Notes: generated from the sequence alone by a model not told the origin. Shown: positions 35,231-48,293, counted from the first letter of the stretch. The stretch: 64,000 nucleotides of DNA from Eledone cirrhosa (GCA_964016885.1 OZ024740.1:200136001-200200000), one strand, 5' to 3'. Numbers and translations are program-made.

Positions 35231-36884
35231 TTGTCCTTGTTGAGTCTCTCGAGATCAGCAGTGTAAATTCATTGACTTCTTCTCTGTAAATCCTTTTTGT
35301 CTGAATATTATATATATAGTCTTCTTTACTAAACCATTCATTGTATTAGGGAGGTGGTTTGTTTCCTTCTATCTGGAACACATTAGGATTGAATTGATAT
35401 TAATTCACAAACACAACCCTCAGATTTAAACAGAAAATAGACATTTCGGACGTGAGCATTCTGCAACATATGAAGTTCGGAAAAAAGGTTGTAGATGCAA
35501 CAACAACAGTGTGGCACGTGCAAAGCAGAAGTTAACTTCCCCTTTAAAAATATTGACATCACCTTTACATTCACAAGTAAAACGAAATAAAACTAATGCA
35601 CGATGAAACAACACAAGTAACCACAGCAACACCAGCATCTCTCTCACCAGCAATGAAATTATGAGCACCAGCAACATCGCAGCAGTGACAAACTTAACAG
35701 CAACGACATCAACATAATCATGGACATTGAAATTATAGAAAATGAAATGCTTCAATTAATAGTGGGAACTGCCTCAAGCCCAAAGATAATAAAATTCGAG
35801 GTATAAGGCAGCAGCAATAGTGCCACCCGAAACAATGGCAAAAGAGGCTACTGAACTGTGTCCTTTCGGACATGGTGACCCGATCCTGTTACAGTTATTC
35901 AAGTGGAGATGGTTTTAAAGGAAGTAATGACAGATGCGACCTACATAAAGAGCAAGACAGTTTGTCAGCGTCGAGGTCGTCTTCAAAAGTGATGACTTCT
36001 CGCGAAAACAACAACATTGAGGGCAGGCATAATTCCAATAGCAACTGCCTCTACACCAGTAGCTGCAAAACCTACAAGACCAGGAAAAAAACGGCGACAA
36101 CAGCAGAAACAAAAGCAAGACCAGCACCAAAAATAACAGCAAGGCCCTTGGAAGACATGTTCCCCTCCGATGGCACACAGCTGCATGTGTATCCTTACGA
36201 GTGTGAGAAGTGTCAAGCCGTCTGCCACATGATTAAAGTACAAGAAAAAAAATCCGTTTCCGACCTAAAAGAAATGAGGAAGAAAAGACATGCAAAAAAG
36301 CTAAATCGATGAACCAACACCTAGACAAACCACACCATCATCATCTCCACCATAAACAACATCCTCAACTCCATAACAGACAACACAGGCACCAAGAACA
36401 ACCAAACGTAATCAAATTCACATCCTCAACAACATACCCAAACCCAACAAAAAGAAACAAATTATAAAAACAGTAAAACTAACGTACCATATGTAACACA
36501 ATTTTGAAGGTTTTATATTTGGTCATATCAACTCGAGTATATATATAATTTAACAGCCTGAGTTTAAATCCTGACAAGGAAAATTTCATTTCATATATTG
36601 AATCGATAAATACTGTACTACGCCAGTTTCCTCCGGGCTTGGCTATATTTAATGACCCGTGTGTTTGTTCTAGTACTTTATTAGTTCAAATCTCACAATG
36701 CTCCAAGTGGGTTGCAGTATATGTGTCGGCCTCTTTAATGGCAACATATTGTCATTGGAGGACATTAGCAAAATATACACTGCTGCAAAGTTTCGGGCAA
36801 CCTTCAATTTACATCTTCCCTTTCACATAGCAGTTTTGGAGGTCAGGAAAATGTCCGTATGTATTGTCATTTCTGCCATGACAA

Positions 36885-38761
36885 AACATCGCCTCCTCTA
36901 ACAACAAAAAACTCAACCCCTATGGAAGAAATAACCTAGATAGCAGTGGAGGGCCGACCAGGAGGTCTAACTGTCCTGATGGATCCATTTGCCCCCTCGA
37001 CAATAGATGCAGAGATCGTAATGTGATCTACCAGTGCGACGTGAGGACGGACACCTCCAACAAAGCTTATATAGGATTAACCGCTTGTGACTTCAAGACC
37101 CGGCTATACCAACACAGACATACTTTCCGAAACCCGGCCCGGCGTCACGCCATTACAATTTTGGCCCACTTCTGGGACCTCAAAGATAACAATATAACCT
37201 ATAATCTCACTTGGAGCTTACTGTCCAGAGCCAACTCTTATACGGGAGGACGCCGTCCGTGTAACTTATGCTCGGAGGAAACATTACAAATGTTGTTTTC
37301 GACGGACCAACTCCTAAACAAGAAAGACGAACTGGGAACTGCAAGTAAGCACAGATTGCGTAGGACTTACCTCGCCCTCAAACCCCATAATGACACGGGG
37401 AGGTAGACAAGGGCTGTAACACCCCACTTACCGACTTTGTAATGGGAACCCCTGATTACAAAGGTAGAAGTAAGATTTTCTCTTATATTTGTTATCGTTT
37501 CCTCTATATTTTCTTCTGTCCCCCACCCCTTTCTAGTCCTTCCACCCCAGTTCTCCTTCTTTGTCGTCGTCCTTTTCACCTTCTCGCCCACCCCGAGGCA
37601 GCCCTTCGGTCCTCTGTAACCTCAGTACCCCCACCCCACCCCCTATTCTATGATAGAATTGGCCGACTCCGCTTTTTATAGTAGATGTGCTAGACCTCAG
37701 ATACTTGCTTTCTTATCTGATTGCTGCCCCATTTCCGTGATTTCTAGATTTCTTAGTGGTATCTCTGCTTTAGTTTCTCGTATATCAGTATTTACTTTTT
37801 TTTTGGGGGGGGGGGGGGGGGGGATTCTGAATTAATTTTTCGTATTAAATTTTTCATATATATCGTACGAGCATTTATGTAGTTTCTATTAGAATTTATG
37901 TATTGTAGCGGTACTCTTATATATCGTATTAGTATTCATTTCCAGGATTCTGAATTAATATTTCGTATTAGTTTCGGGCCTCCGAATTATTATTTCCTAT
38001 TGTTTCATTTTAGTATTTTGGTCCTCTACTTGTTGACCTGTCACTGTAAGATAGATTTGGCCGATTACTACTAACTCATAAAATTCTCTCACTACAATCT
38101 CGTATTTAGTATTCCGTCCCACCTATTAAACTTTTCTATAGTTTAGCAGTACCAATGCGAGATTTGATGATTGTGGTAGGGGAATAGTAACCAGAAATTG
38201 TGTTTTTTATATTTTTAACATTCTTATTTTTCTATATATTTACTCCATATAGATTTACTTATTGTTTCGATTTACTCCCCCTCCCACTCTCTAGTATACT
38301 TCTCTTGACCTCTTATCCTTAGGATTCTGCTGTAGTTGTCACTTTCAACGCACGACTAGGTTTCCCCCACTCCCTCTCCCTCTTTCTTCTACTGGCAAGT
38401 TCAGCTACCCCTTCCTTCCACAAAATGCCATGATAGAATTATGTGTCTCAACAACAAACTGTTGACCAATCCTTGTGACAATCACTTTTACCATATATGG
38501 AATTACCCCCTGAGAAGCTCGGCTATGCATTTACCAGGATACAAATTTTCATTTAGTCCAGAATTAGCCGTCGAAACGATTTGAGTTCAGCCCTCGGGGT
38601 CCTACTCGTTCCTATTATTCACTCTACGATTGAATATTAATATGATATATAAGAGTACCGCTATAATACATACATTCTAATACAAACTACATAAATGCTC
38701 GTACGTATTGAGTACTTTGGTGCGTTATGGTCCATCTGGTTTCTTACCACATTTCTTTTGT

Positions 38762-38762
<1 letters not shown>
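36885..38762 (+). mobile_element. 5'-truncated Naiad-like Penelope element (GIY-YIG plus long 3' UTR)
   Basis: CPLDNRCRDRNVIYQC..AYIGLTACDFKTRLYQH..CNLCSEE (ORF 37023-37406). The terminus recurs inverted at 63908-63967. Confidence 0.82.
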
Positions 38763-38791
<29 letters not shown>

Positions 38792-38796
<5 letters not shown>

Positions 38797-40125
38797 GTGG
38801 TTACACAACAGTTAATTCACCATACCGAGAACAATTGTTTCACCTTAGCGGATCCTCTGCTCTGAATGGGCATGGTTATAGGAACAGGAAGGACAACCGT
38901 ACGAACGCGCATGCGCAGAAACCCGGTCATATCACACAGGCAATACTAGAGTGCCTGCGAAAGTCCGAAAAGTTTTTAGTTGAAAAATAAAATTACAAAG
39001 AATCAGTCCGGAGCCTTGTAGTTATGCAATAGTGTTTGGCGACGTGTGGACAATGTGTGAAATATTCATTTCTCGTGTTTAGGCAATTAGTATTACGTAA
39101 TCTCTTTAGAATAATTATTCGTTCGTCAATACATAAGCCATACGTATTGCTTAGACTTAGTGATGGCTTTCCATTGAATGGAGTAGTCTATACTTGAGTT
39201 CTTGAGGGACCATACGTAGCTCGGGAGTTTCGTGGATGAACGTCTATCCGGGTACCTGAAGGTAGACAGGTGGTTCAGGAAGCTTTCCTTAAATCGGCCC
39301 TCCGCCATGCCCACATAGGATTTGACCTCCTGTGGTTCGTTTGGTCGGTTGGAAGTGACCACTGCTTCGTAAATTACAGCTGGTGTGTTGCATTGCTGTT
39401 GAAGGGGGCAAGCTTCAGGCTTACGGCAAGAGCACCCTGGTGGGTCTTGCTTCTAGTGCTGCTGGTGATGTGGGCCTTCATGTTCTTAGCGCAGGAGTAT
39501 CCTAGTTTAACTTTGTGTCAATTAAAGATGGAGCGGCATTTATGACCTATGGGAAAGTGTCTATGTAAGAGGGCTAGACATTCTTTGCCTACATTGGTTT
39601 TAACGTTGAGTGAGAAGGGAGGAGAGAACCAGATAGTTTGTCTATTGTTGCGCTTACTTTTCCTAATGGTGTTGTTTCCATTCAATGGAAAGCCATCAGC
39701 AAGTCCAAGCCATACGCAAGGGGATATCCGTCGTGTGGACTGTGTATTGACGAATGAATAAATATTCTAAAGAGATTATGCAATAGTGATTGCCTAAACA
39801 CGAGAAATGAATTTTTCACACGTTGTCCACACGTCTCGCAACACCTATTGCATAACTACAAAGCTGCGGATTGAATGAATTATTGTAACAGCATCAATAT
39901 TTTTTCCTATCAACTTAACACTTTTCGGACTTTCGCAGTTATCTCCCTTACACTCCTCGCACGCATTTTAGTATTGCCTGTGTGAAGTGACGGCTTTCTG
40001 CGCATACGCGTTCGTACGGTTGTACTTCCAGTTCCGTATAACCATGCCCATTACGAGCTGAGGATCCGCTAAGGTGAAACAATTGTTCTCGGTATGGTGA
40101 ACTAACTGTTGTGTAGCCACTTCTA
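38792..40125. mobile_element. Inverted pair of Naiad-like Penelope 3' ends
   Basis: 38792-39677 (-) encodes WFSPP..HFP..GIY-YIG (YVGMAEGRFKE). 39678-40125 (+) is a diverged inverted copy of 38792-39181. Confidence 0.82.
40042..40097 (+). ncRNA. Type I hammerhead ribozyme with bulged helix I
   Basis: ccatgcc-cattac-gag-CTGAGGA-t-cc gctaa gg-t-GAAA-caattg-TT-ctc-ggtatgg. The mirror copy at 38820-38875 (-) has CAGAGGA. Confidence 0.8.
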
Positions 40126-43100
40126 CCTGTCTTCCTGTCTTCCTCCTGTTGCAACGTTTTTTTAAATATCCAGTTCTGCGTTTACAGATTGACTTTGTTA
40201 GTTTCAGAAGATCCCGTTAAGGGTGAAAGCAGCAATTCTTTGCTTAAACTTTAATCTGTTATTTTAATAAAGATTTGCTCTACGGTTCTTATATATTTGA
40301 TATATATTTATCCTTATCGAGCCCTCTTTGGATTTTAGTCTTCAAATTTATTATTATTACTATTTGGCTCCCTCGGTTGAGCACTCTACTGACTTATATT
40401 TATCATACAGAAACAACATCTGAATATTTCTACAAAGAACATACCCGTACCAAGCAGGAAAACATACCTAAAACTCCTGATACAGAAAACAGACGCGTTC
40501 ATTAAAAGGTTGCGTTGGATGCCTTTTATTTCGATAATCCGCGAAAAGCAGACAACAAACAGGATACATTTGGATTTAGAACCTATAATAACCTCCCGTG
40601 GAACCCAGCACTGCTACCCTTCGAAAATGATGTCTTGGAACTCATTCAGAGTATCAAATTTCGGAATAAGAGCAATTCCTTCCAGCAAGACCTGAAGAAT
40701 AGAATTCGTTCTATTAAGGATTCTAACGCCGTGCACGTCCATTCCGCAAAACTGGCAAACTATATGAAGTGGAGCGCAGTACTTACCATCAACTACTACA
40801 TAATGCTGTAACTAAGGATTACCGTAAAACTAATCGGTGCGACATCAATGAAATCAACGATGCTGGGTTTAAAATCACATCTGATCTCAACATCCTGGAC
40901 CGGACCGAACCTCTGGACCCTATTTCTCCACACTTTACCCTGAAGGATCACAAATCCAATTTTCCGAACAACCCCTCTATTCGGCTTATTAACCCTACGA
41001 AGTCTGATTTAGGTAGACTTAGTAAAACGATACTTGATAGAATTATACCTGAAATTAGAAGTTTGGCCCCTCACGCACTGTGGAACAATTCTTTCGCGGT
41101 GATTGATTGGTTCAACGGCATATGTAACAAGGAACATTGCCGTTTTATCCAATTCGACATCAACAATTACTACTCCTCCATCACTTTACCACTTCTCCTT
41201 AGAGCTATCAATTTCGCTAAAACACTCACAGCACTCACAGTGGTTAAAGATTTCCTAAGTTGATGTCATCCTTAATGCCCGAAAGTCGGTGATTAATTTC
41301 GACGACTCTATTTGGATTAAAAAATCCAATAGTACAACATTCGACGTGATCATGGGCGCCAGTGACGCTGCGGAGGTTACTGATATTATTGGCCTTTTCC
41401 TTCCTTTCTCTATCAAGGACGAATTCCCCAACGCGGGCGGTGGTTTGTACCGTGACGATGGTCTTTTGACCATGAGTAAGTGCGGACATCGTGCTTGCGA
41501 CAGGTTCAGAAAAGAACTCACAGCCTTCTTTAAAGGCTTCAACCTCTCTATACAGGTTGAGGCCAATCTCTCGGTCGTTAATTACCTCGACGTTACCCTC
41601 AATTTATTGAATGGGTTGTATTACTCGTATAGAAAGCCGAATGATACGCTTAATTACATAAGTAAGCATTCCAACCATCCTGCCAGCATAACCAAGAACC
41701 TGGTAAGAAACGTTTCGTTGAGGCTTTCCCGTCTTTCCACCAACGAGCGTATTTTCAACGACCATTCCACTTATTACAATGAAGCTCTTGCTCGAAGTGG
41801 ATTTGTCGATAAGGTAGCATACACAGAATACGAAAATAGACCTAGAAGAAATAGATCCCGTCTCATTTGTTGGTGTAACCCACCATATAATACGGAGTTG
41901 GCCACACCTTTAGCTAAGATCTTTCTTTCTTTCATTACGAAGCATTTTCCCCCTACACATAAATATAGTAACATTTTTAATAGAAATAATATTAAAATGT
42001 CTTACTCTACGACTCCTAGCCTTGCAAATAACATCACAGCTTCAAATTTAGCTAAACTACCTAGCCGTAGGAACACGTGCAACCCAGTAGTTAGTACTAA
42101 CTGTAATTGTAGGAATCGGGCTGATTGCCCCCTATCCGGGAAATGCCTCTCTAGGAATATTGTCTACAAATGTAAGGTTGTAACACCCACGTCCCGTAGG
42201 GCCTACATAGGGTTAACCGCCAATAGTTTTAAGCAGCGTCTTTACATGCATACCCATTCTTTTCGTTACCCTTTAAGAAGCAATATGACGTCACTTTCAG
42301 CTTATATCTGGAGTCTATAAGACAACCACACCCAATATAAGTTACACTGGGAGATCCTAGCTAGGGCTAGATCGTATAACGGAAATAAAAGACCATGTGA
42401 CCTCTGCGCCGCCGAGGCCCTGGAAATACTCTACGCCACAGACCACATCTTAAAAAAAATATCTGAGGCAATTTCGGCTTGTAAGCATAAATTGCACAGC
42501 ACGATCTATACGTGGATATTTTACGTCTTGATGTGGGAGCTAAGTATATGTTTTGTTTATTCCTTTACTTATTTGCATAGGTAAGTATATATTACACGTA
42601 TGTTTTGTGAAGGTACGTATACCTACTCGTACGTATATTTGATTGTTATGGCGTATAATTTTATATATTCTGGTACATATGGTTTGGCTATGTGTATACG
42701 GGAGTTTTGCGTCTGTGTGAGTATGCAGGTTCGTACGTATGGTGGGTGTGTGTATATACGTACTTCATGTTTTAGTTGACTTATGTCTCCGAACATTCGT
42801 ATATTTATATGTGGGTATGAGTGTGCGTTTGTTATATACGTATTTATTTATTTATATACGTTTATATAATTATTTATTTATTTGTATACACGCAAACACA
42901 CACACACATATTTATATTTATATGTGCGTGGTTTTATATACCTATGGTAAGTGTTTGCGTATGCTTGTGTATGTACGTATTTGTTTGCGTGTATGTATTT
43001 ATTTATTTCTATTACTTCTGTATTGTATTTATTTACTTTGTTCTTAACTCTGTAGCGGAGATTCATTTGTCTCCTTGTTAGAATTTTAGTCTACGACTTC

Positions 43101-43504
43101 TGCTATACCATTTACGTGGTTTTGTCTTTGCGTGCTATTGTTCTCCGCGCACCACATATGACGTATTATCTTCGTTTTTTCGTTCATTGCCAGAGAACGT
43201 CTCTATGCACCTCCTAAGAGAACATTAGTCTATGACCTCTTTTATACCATAAACGTGGTTCTGTCTTTGCGCGTAATTGTTTTTCACCGCTCCTATTAAT
43301 GACGTATTATTCGTTCTTTCCCGTTCTTTGCCAGCGAACGTTTCCACGAACCAAAGTATCGTCTTCCTGTCTTCCTCCGGTTGCAACGTTTTTTGAAATA
43401 TCCAGTTCTGCGTTTACAGATTGACTTTGTTAGTTTCAGAAGATCCCGTTAAGGGTGAAAGCAGCGATTCTTTGCTTAAACTTTAATCTGTTATTTCAAT
43501 AAAT

Positions 43505-43505
<1 letters not shown>
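40126..43505 (+). mobile_element. Near-complete Naiad-like Penelope element with direct pLTRs
   Basis: 40126-40272 repeats at ~43360-43503 and flanks the RT + GIY-YIG coding region. Confidence 0.9.
40440..42500 (+). pseudogene. Penelope (Naiad-like) RT and GIY-YIG polyprotein, frameshifted
   Basis: ORF pieces 40515-40811, 40769-41263 and 41289-42320: TLKDHK.NF..RLINPTKS.LG, FDI, MGASDAAE, GLYRDDGL, NYLDVTLNL, WCNPPY, CNC..CPL..C, YIGLT, then CDLC after a TAA. Confidence 0.92.
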
Positions 43506-43542
<37 letters not shown>

Positions 43543-43613
43543 CTCCCCCTCCGCCTTTTGGGATTCTTTCTCACGTCGTGTAGACGCGTTCTTGAGACTA
43601 GTAAAATGAGGTA

Positions 43614-43703
43614 TCCTCTTGATAAGTCGGCAGACCTCGCAGGGACTCTATATCTTTATGATATATTGTTTTTGTTTATGCCACGAAACTACGTAGTCGA
43701 GGA
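43614..43703 (+). ncRNA. Type I hammerhead ribozyme, U3:A8 variant (array copy 1)
   Basis: tcctc-TTGATAA-gt c ggca...tgcc ac-GAAA-ctacgtag-TC-gagga. Palindromic helix III ACTACGTAGT; predicted cut after 43698. Confidence 0.85.
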
Positions 43704-44208
43704 ATTTAGGAGCAGTTTAGGTATGATACATTTTATTACTAATTATATCTAAATGTTTCTTCTCTCTTCATAATGTATTTTTAACTCTGATACTGGTTCA
43801 GTCTAGTTCAACTGAATTGGTCTGTCCCGGTCATTCATTGAGCAACATCGGTGAAGTTGGCACCCTTAACTCACAGTTGGGTGCGGATGCATTCATGTAT
43901 ATATGTGTGTGTCCGCATGTATCTGTGTGTTTCTAAATATATTGTTAATAACTCCCTCTGGTCGGGCAATCTTTGAAGTGTGGGGACAACTGGAAAGCTT
44001 CCATTACTCATACTTCTAGCCTTCTTCACCACCTCTTCTGCGGCCTCGATATGAATACCCCCTCCGCCTCCGTGGTATTTTCTTCGTGGTTATAAGAGGC
44101 TTAGCTCTGTTTCTCGACCGTTCTATCGCGTGACTATCTCCCCCTCCGCCTTTTGGGATTCTTTCTCACGTCGTGTAGACGCGTTCTTGAGACTAGTAAA
44201 ATGAGGTA

Positions 44209-44298
44209 TCCTCTTGATAAGTCGGCAGACCTCGCAGGGACTCTATATCTTTATGATATATTGTTTTTGTTTATGCCACGAAACTACGTAGTCGAGGA
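44209..44298 (+). ncRNA. Hammerhead ribozyme (array copy 2)
   Basis: Identical motif; predicted cut after 44293. Confidence 0.85.
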
Positions 44299-44797
44299 AT
44301 TTGGGAGCAGTTTAGGTATGATACATTTTATTACTAATTATATCTAAATGTTTCTTCTCTCTTCATAATGTATTTTTAACTCTGATACTGGTTCAGTCTA
44401 GTTCAACTGAATTGGTCTGTCCCGGTCATTCATTGAGAAACATCGGTGAAGTTAGCACCCTTAACTCACAGTTGGGTGCGGATGCATTCATGTATATATG
44501 TGTGTGTCCGCATGTATCTGTGTGTTTCTAAATATATTGTTAATAACTCCCTCTGGTCGAGCAATCTTTGAAGTGTGGGGACAACTGGAAAGCTTCCATT
44601 ACTCATACTTCTAGCCTTCTTCACCACCTCTTCTGCGGCCTCGATATGAATACCCCCTCCGTGGTATTTTCTTCGTGGTTATAAGAGGCTTAGCTCTGTT
44701 TCTCGACCGTTATATCGCGTGACTATCTCCCCCTCCGCCTTTTGGGATTCTTTCTCACGTCGTGTAGACGCGTTCTTGAGACTAGTAAAATGAGGTA

Positions 44798-44887
44798 TCC
44801 TCTTGATAAGTCGGCAGACCTCGCAGGGACTCTATATCTTTATGATATATTGTTTTTGTTTATGCCACGAAACTACGTAGTCGAGGA
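44798..44887 (+). ncRNA. Hammerhead ribozyme (array copy 3)
   Basis: Identical motif; predicted cut after 44882. Confidence 0.85.
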
Positions 44888-45392
44888 ATTTAGGAGCAGT
44901 TTAGGTATGATACATTTTATTACTAATTATATCTAAATGTTTCTTCTCTCTTCATAATGTATTTTTAACTCTGATACTGGTTCAGTCTAGTTCAACTGAA
45001 TTGGTCTGTCCCGGTCATTCATTGAGAAACATCGGTGAAGTTAGCACCCTTAACTCACAGTTGGGTGCGGATGCATTCATGTATATATGTGTGTGTCCGC
45101 ATGTATCTGTGTGTTTCTAAATATATTGTTAATAACTCCCTCTGGTCGAGCAATCTTTGAAGTGTGGGGACAACTGGAAAGCTTCCCTTACTCATACTTC
45201 TAGCCTTCTTCACCACCTCTTCTGCGGCCTCGATATGAATACCCCCTCCGCCTCCGTGGTATTTTCTTCGTGGTTATAAGAGGCTTAGCTCTGTTTCTCG
45301 ACCGTTATATCGCGTGACTATCTCCCCCTCCGCCTTTTGGGATTCTTTCTCACGTCGTGTAGACGCGTTCTTGAGACTAGTAAAATGAGGTA

Positions 45393-45482
45393 TCCTCTTT
45401 ATAAGTCGGCAGACCTCGCAGGGACTCTATATCTTTATGATATATTGTTTTTGTTTATGCCACGAAACTACGTAGTTGAGGA
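45393..45482 (+). ncRNA. Mutated hammerhead ribozyme (array copy 4, probably inactive)
   Basis: Core TTTATAA (G5U at 45400) and GUU instead of GUC (45477). Confidence 0.75.
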
Positions 45483-45886
45483 ATTTAGGAGCAGTTTAGG
45501 TATGATACATTTTATTACTAATTATATCTAAATGTTTCTTCTCTCTTCATAATGTATTTATATATATATATATATGGGATAACAAGTTATCCTTATAGGT
45601 AATCCAGTCAGAGGTTGTGATAGTTTTAACGTACGGCGTGGTTTGACCCAACAAGAGGTCTCCATAATTAGGTAGCGATTTCGCGAGAATTCCTATGCAG
45701 GTTATTCTTGGAGTAATAATAGTGAAAGATTGAAGAATAACATGGTTGGCTGTACAAAAAGGGTTTTATTTCAAGAATTAACAATTGTATATATATAAAT
45801 GTGTGTGTGTGTATGTTTATATATATATATGTGTGTTTATATGTGTGTGTGTGTCTGACCAGTGTATATAGATCACAGACACCCAC

Positions 45887-45919
<33 letters not shown>

Positions 45920-46867
45920 GTTATATATACATACACAAACTTCCAGTTTCATTTCACATTATATACATGTCTGTGTATATTCTAATTTTTTTATTATTAT
46001 TTTTAAGTGAACATGATTTTAAAAAAGGATTTTGAAGAGAACATTAACCTGGAAACTTTTGATTGTTTTGACCAAAGAATTTCAATATTATTCTTGAAGG
46101 AAATTATGTAAATGCTGAATATATATATTGGAGACATCTTATTGAACTATCTAACAACTCCAGTCACCCGCCAACTTGTACTGACACTTTATTTACGGAC
46201 AACATACCTATGCCTCAATCTGAAATTGCTCTAGGGTTGATTTCAACGCGGAGCACAAAGTGCCGTAACAAATATACAAAGCATTTGTTCGTTTCCCTAA
46301 CGTTATTTTTACTAATATCATTAACGCTTGCTGACCGACACAGATCATTACATTCTTGTTGTATGCCTTGTGTTTTGCAGACTTATTTTCCTTCGTATTC
46401 CATCGAATGTATATTTCCTGTAAGATATATTTTATATTTGTTATTTACACAACTACATTCTGCTTATCTATATAATTCAGTAGCCTATGGCCTTTTTTTC
46501 ATATTGACTTCTAATAAGGAAGAATTGCTAAACGTTATTTATGTTTCTGTCAGTTGGATTCTATGAAGATAATCACAATCCACTGTCATTTATAACCAGA
46601 CGTTTTGAGCGCAACAAGAATAGAACAGCTGTGGTTTTATATTGCTACATTAATATCTGTCAAGTGATCTAAAGAAAATGTCAAAAACCTCCATGATTCA
46701 AATTATTTCATTCCATAATACGACAAGAAACTCCGGTAATTTCGTGCTCTAAATATAGTAGACATCCAGAATATAACTTCATGTGTGTGTGTAAAATTAT
46801 AAGAAACGAAAGGAGATGCGTGGTTACGGTAAACAAAGCTTAGAAACAAGAGAAAAAAAGAAACCCG

Positions 46868-47545
46868 CCATCACCTGTAAAACCGAGATAAAGTTGTTTT
46901 GACGATTAATACAGGACATCTAAAAGCGATCAACGACTCGCCCAAGGCCTATTCTGAATCAAAAGGCCAGGAGGGAAAGAAAAGAAAAAAGAAGAAAAAT
47001 GTAGGAAAGGTAGGGAGAAGAGAGGAAGAAAGAGAAAAAGCAGGTAAACAGATAACATAGTGGGGGGACACAGGACAATAGAACATGCAAGTGAGTAACC
47101 GAGGAAAAAATAGAATAGAATAAGTTATAGCGTACCGATTAGACGTAAGCCTGGGGGTGCGATAAGAGGAGCCCAGTGTTACCGTATCATCTCAATCGAA
47201 GTGGATAGAGAGAGAGACGGATCTACCGGAAGTGAGAGGGGGAATCGAATGGGAGATAATCCAAAAGAGTTTAACAACAGTTGAAGATAGTAGTATGGAC
47301 GAAGCAAGAGTAGAAAATACATCCTTCATCAACTGTAAAACCGAGATCAAGATGTTTCGGCGCTTATTACAGGACATCTAAAAGTGATCAGCGGCGCGCC
47401 CAAGGCCTTTTCTCAATCAAAAGGCCAGGAGGGAAAGAAAAGAAAAAAGAAGAAAAATAGGGGGAAAAGTAGTGAGGAGAGAGGAAAAAAGAGAAAAACA
47501 GGTAAAAAGATCAGATAGTGGGGTGACACAGGATAATTGAACATG
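46868..47545. repeat. Diverged partial tandem repeat, ~458-bp period
   Basis: ctgtaaaaccgagat...gaacatg at 46875-47087 and again at 47333-47545. Confidence 0.8.
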
Positions 47546-47563
47546 ATATATATATATAAGTAT

Positions 47564-47608
<45 letters not shown>

Positions 47609-48293
47609 AAGTCCACAGAATCATTAGATAAAATAGTATTTCCTCTCCCAATCAGCATATATCAACCATACAAAAAATCATTTAAACGAGGCTATAAGTT
47701 TAAAATATACTTATGAAGAAACAATAAATAAATGATATAGCTTCTTATCCGCGATTTACAGCTAAAAAAATTTATCTAGTATTCCTAGTAGCCTGTAGAA
47801 ATTGACTAGACATATAGTTGCCCATACATAATTAGGTACAAAATCAAAGTTAGAAGAAAGTATGTACATAAACCTTACCAAAATCATCAAAATATCTCTA
47901 CCCCCGACGGTTTCATTCCATTTTAGGATATATCCGATCTTGGATAAATCAACGTGGTTTGGAAATCATCAGGAGATAACTCAATTGGCCAAAGATTTTT
48001 CTAAAACGATCCCTGTCAGAAACGAATTCAAAATGGCTAAGAATCATCACGTGGCCAGTGGTCAAGGCAGAGATTTTAAGTAGGCTGGTTGCTAGAGAGC
48101 GCAGCCGAATACTGCCTAAAGTTTTACTCAACCTTACGGGAGTATATAAAATTTAAAGGGTATATACATATAAACTAGACAGAATCATATATATATATCT
48201 GCTTTTGGCAACCACGGTCTGGCTCGATGAAGAATTAATTAGATAATTAATAATCAGAGCATTATATAAAAAGTAAGTCCATAGAATCATTAG

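Larger units (their letters stand above)
43540..45559 (+). mobile_element. Retrozyme-like tandem array, 3.4 units (595/589/595 bp plus partial), one HHR per unit
   Basis: Units start at ~43541, 44136, 44725 and 45320. They are near-identical, non-coding and flanked by (TA)n on both sides. Confidence 0.92.

Noticed and set aside
35872-36312. 146-aa ORF with a CxxC motif
   Set aside because: No family recognised; possibly a decayed LINE ORF1 but unsupported.
38505-38600. HHR-like motif CTGAGAAG-cggcta..tagccg-GAAAC in a PLE 3' UTR
   Set aside because: Core spacing is wrong and helices I and III are poor; at best a relic.
40440-42500. Selenoprotein recoding, which is reported for some Naiad PLEs
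   Set aside because: The breaks I could resolve are frameshifts or TAA (42318-42320), not TGA at conserved Cys positions. I recognised no SECIS by eye; SECISearch would settle it.
43558-45531. Four repeated 64-aa ORFs spanning the HHR cleavage site
   Set aside because: TTG start, no recognisable motif, and recurrence is explained by the tandem repeat. No evidence of coding.
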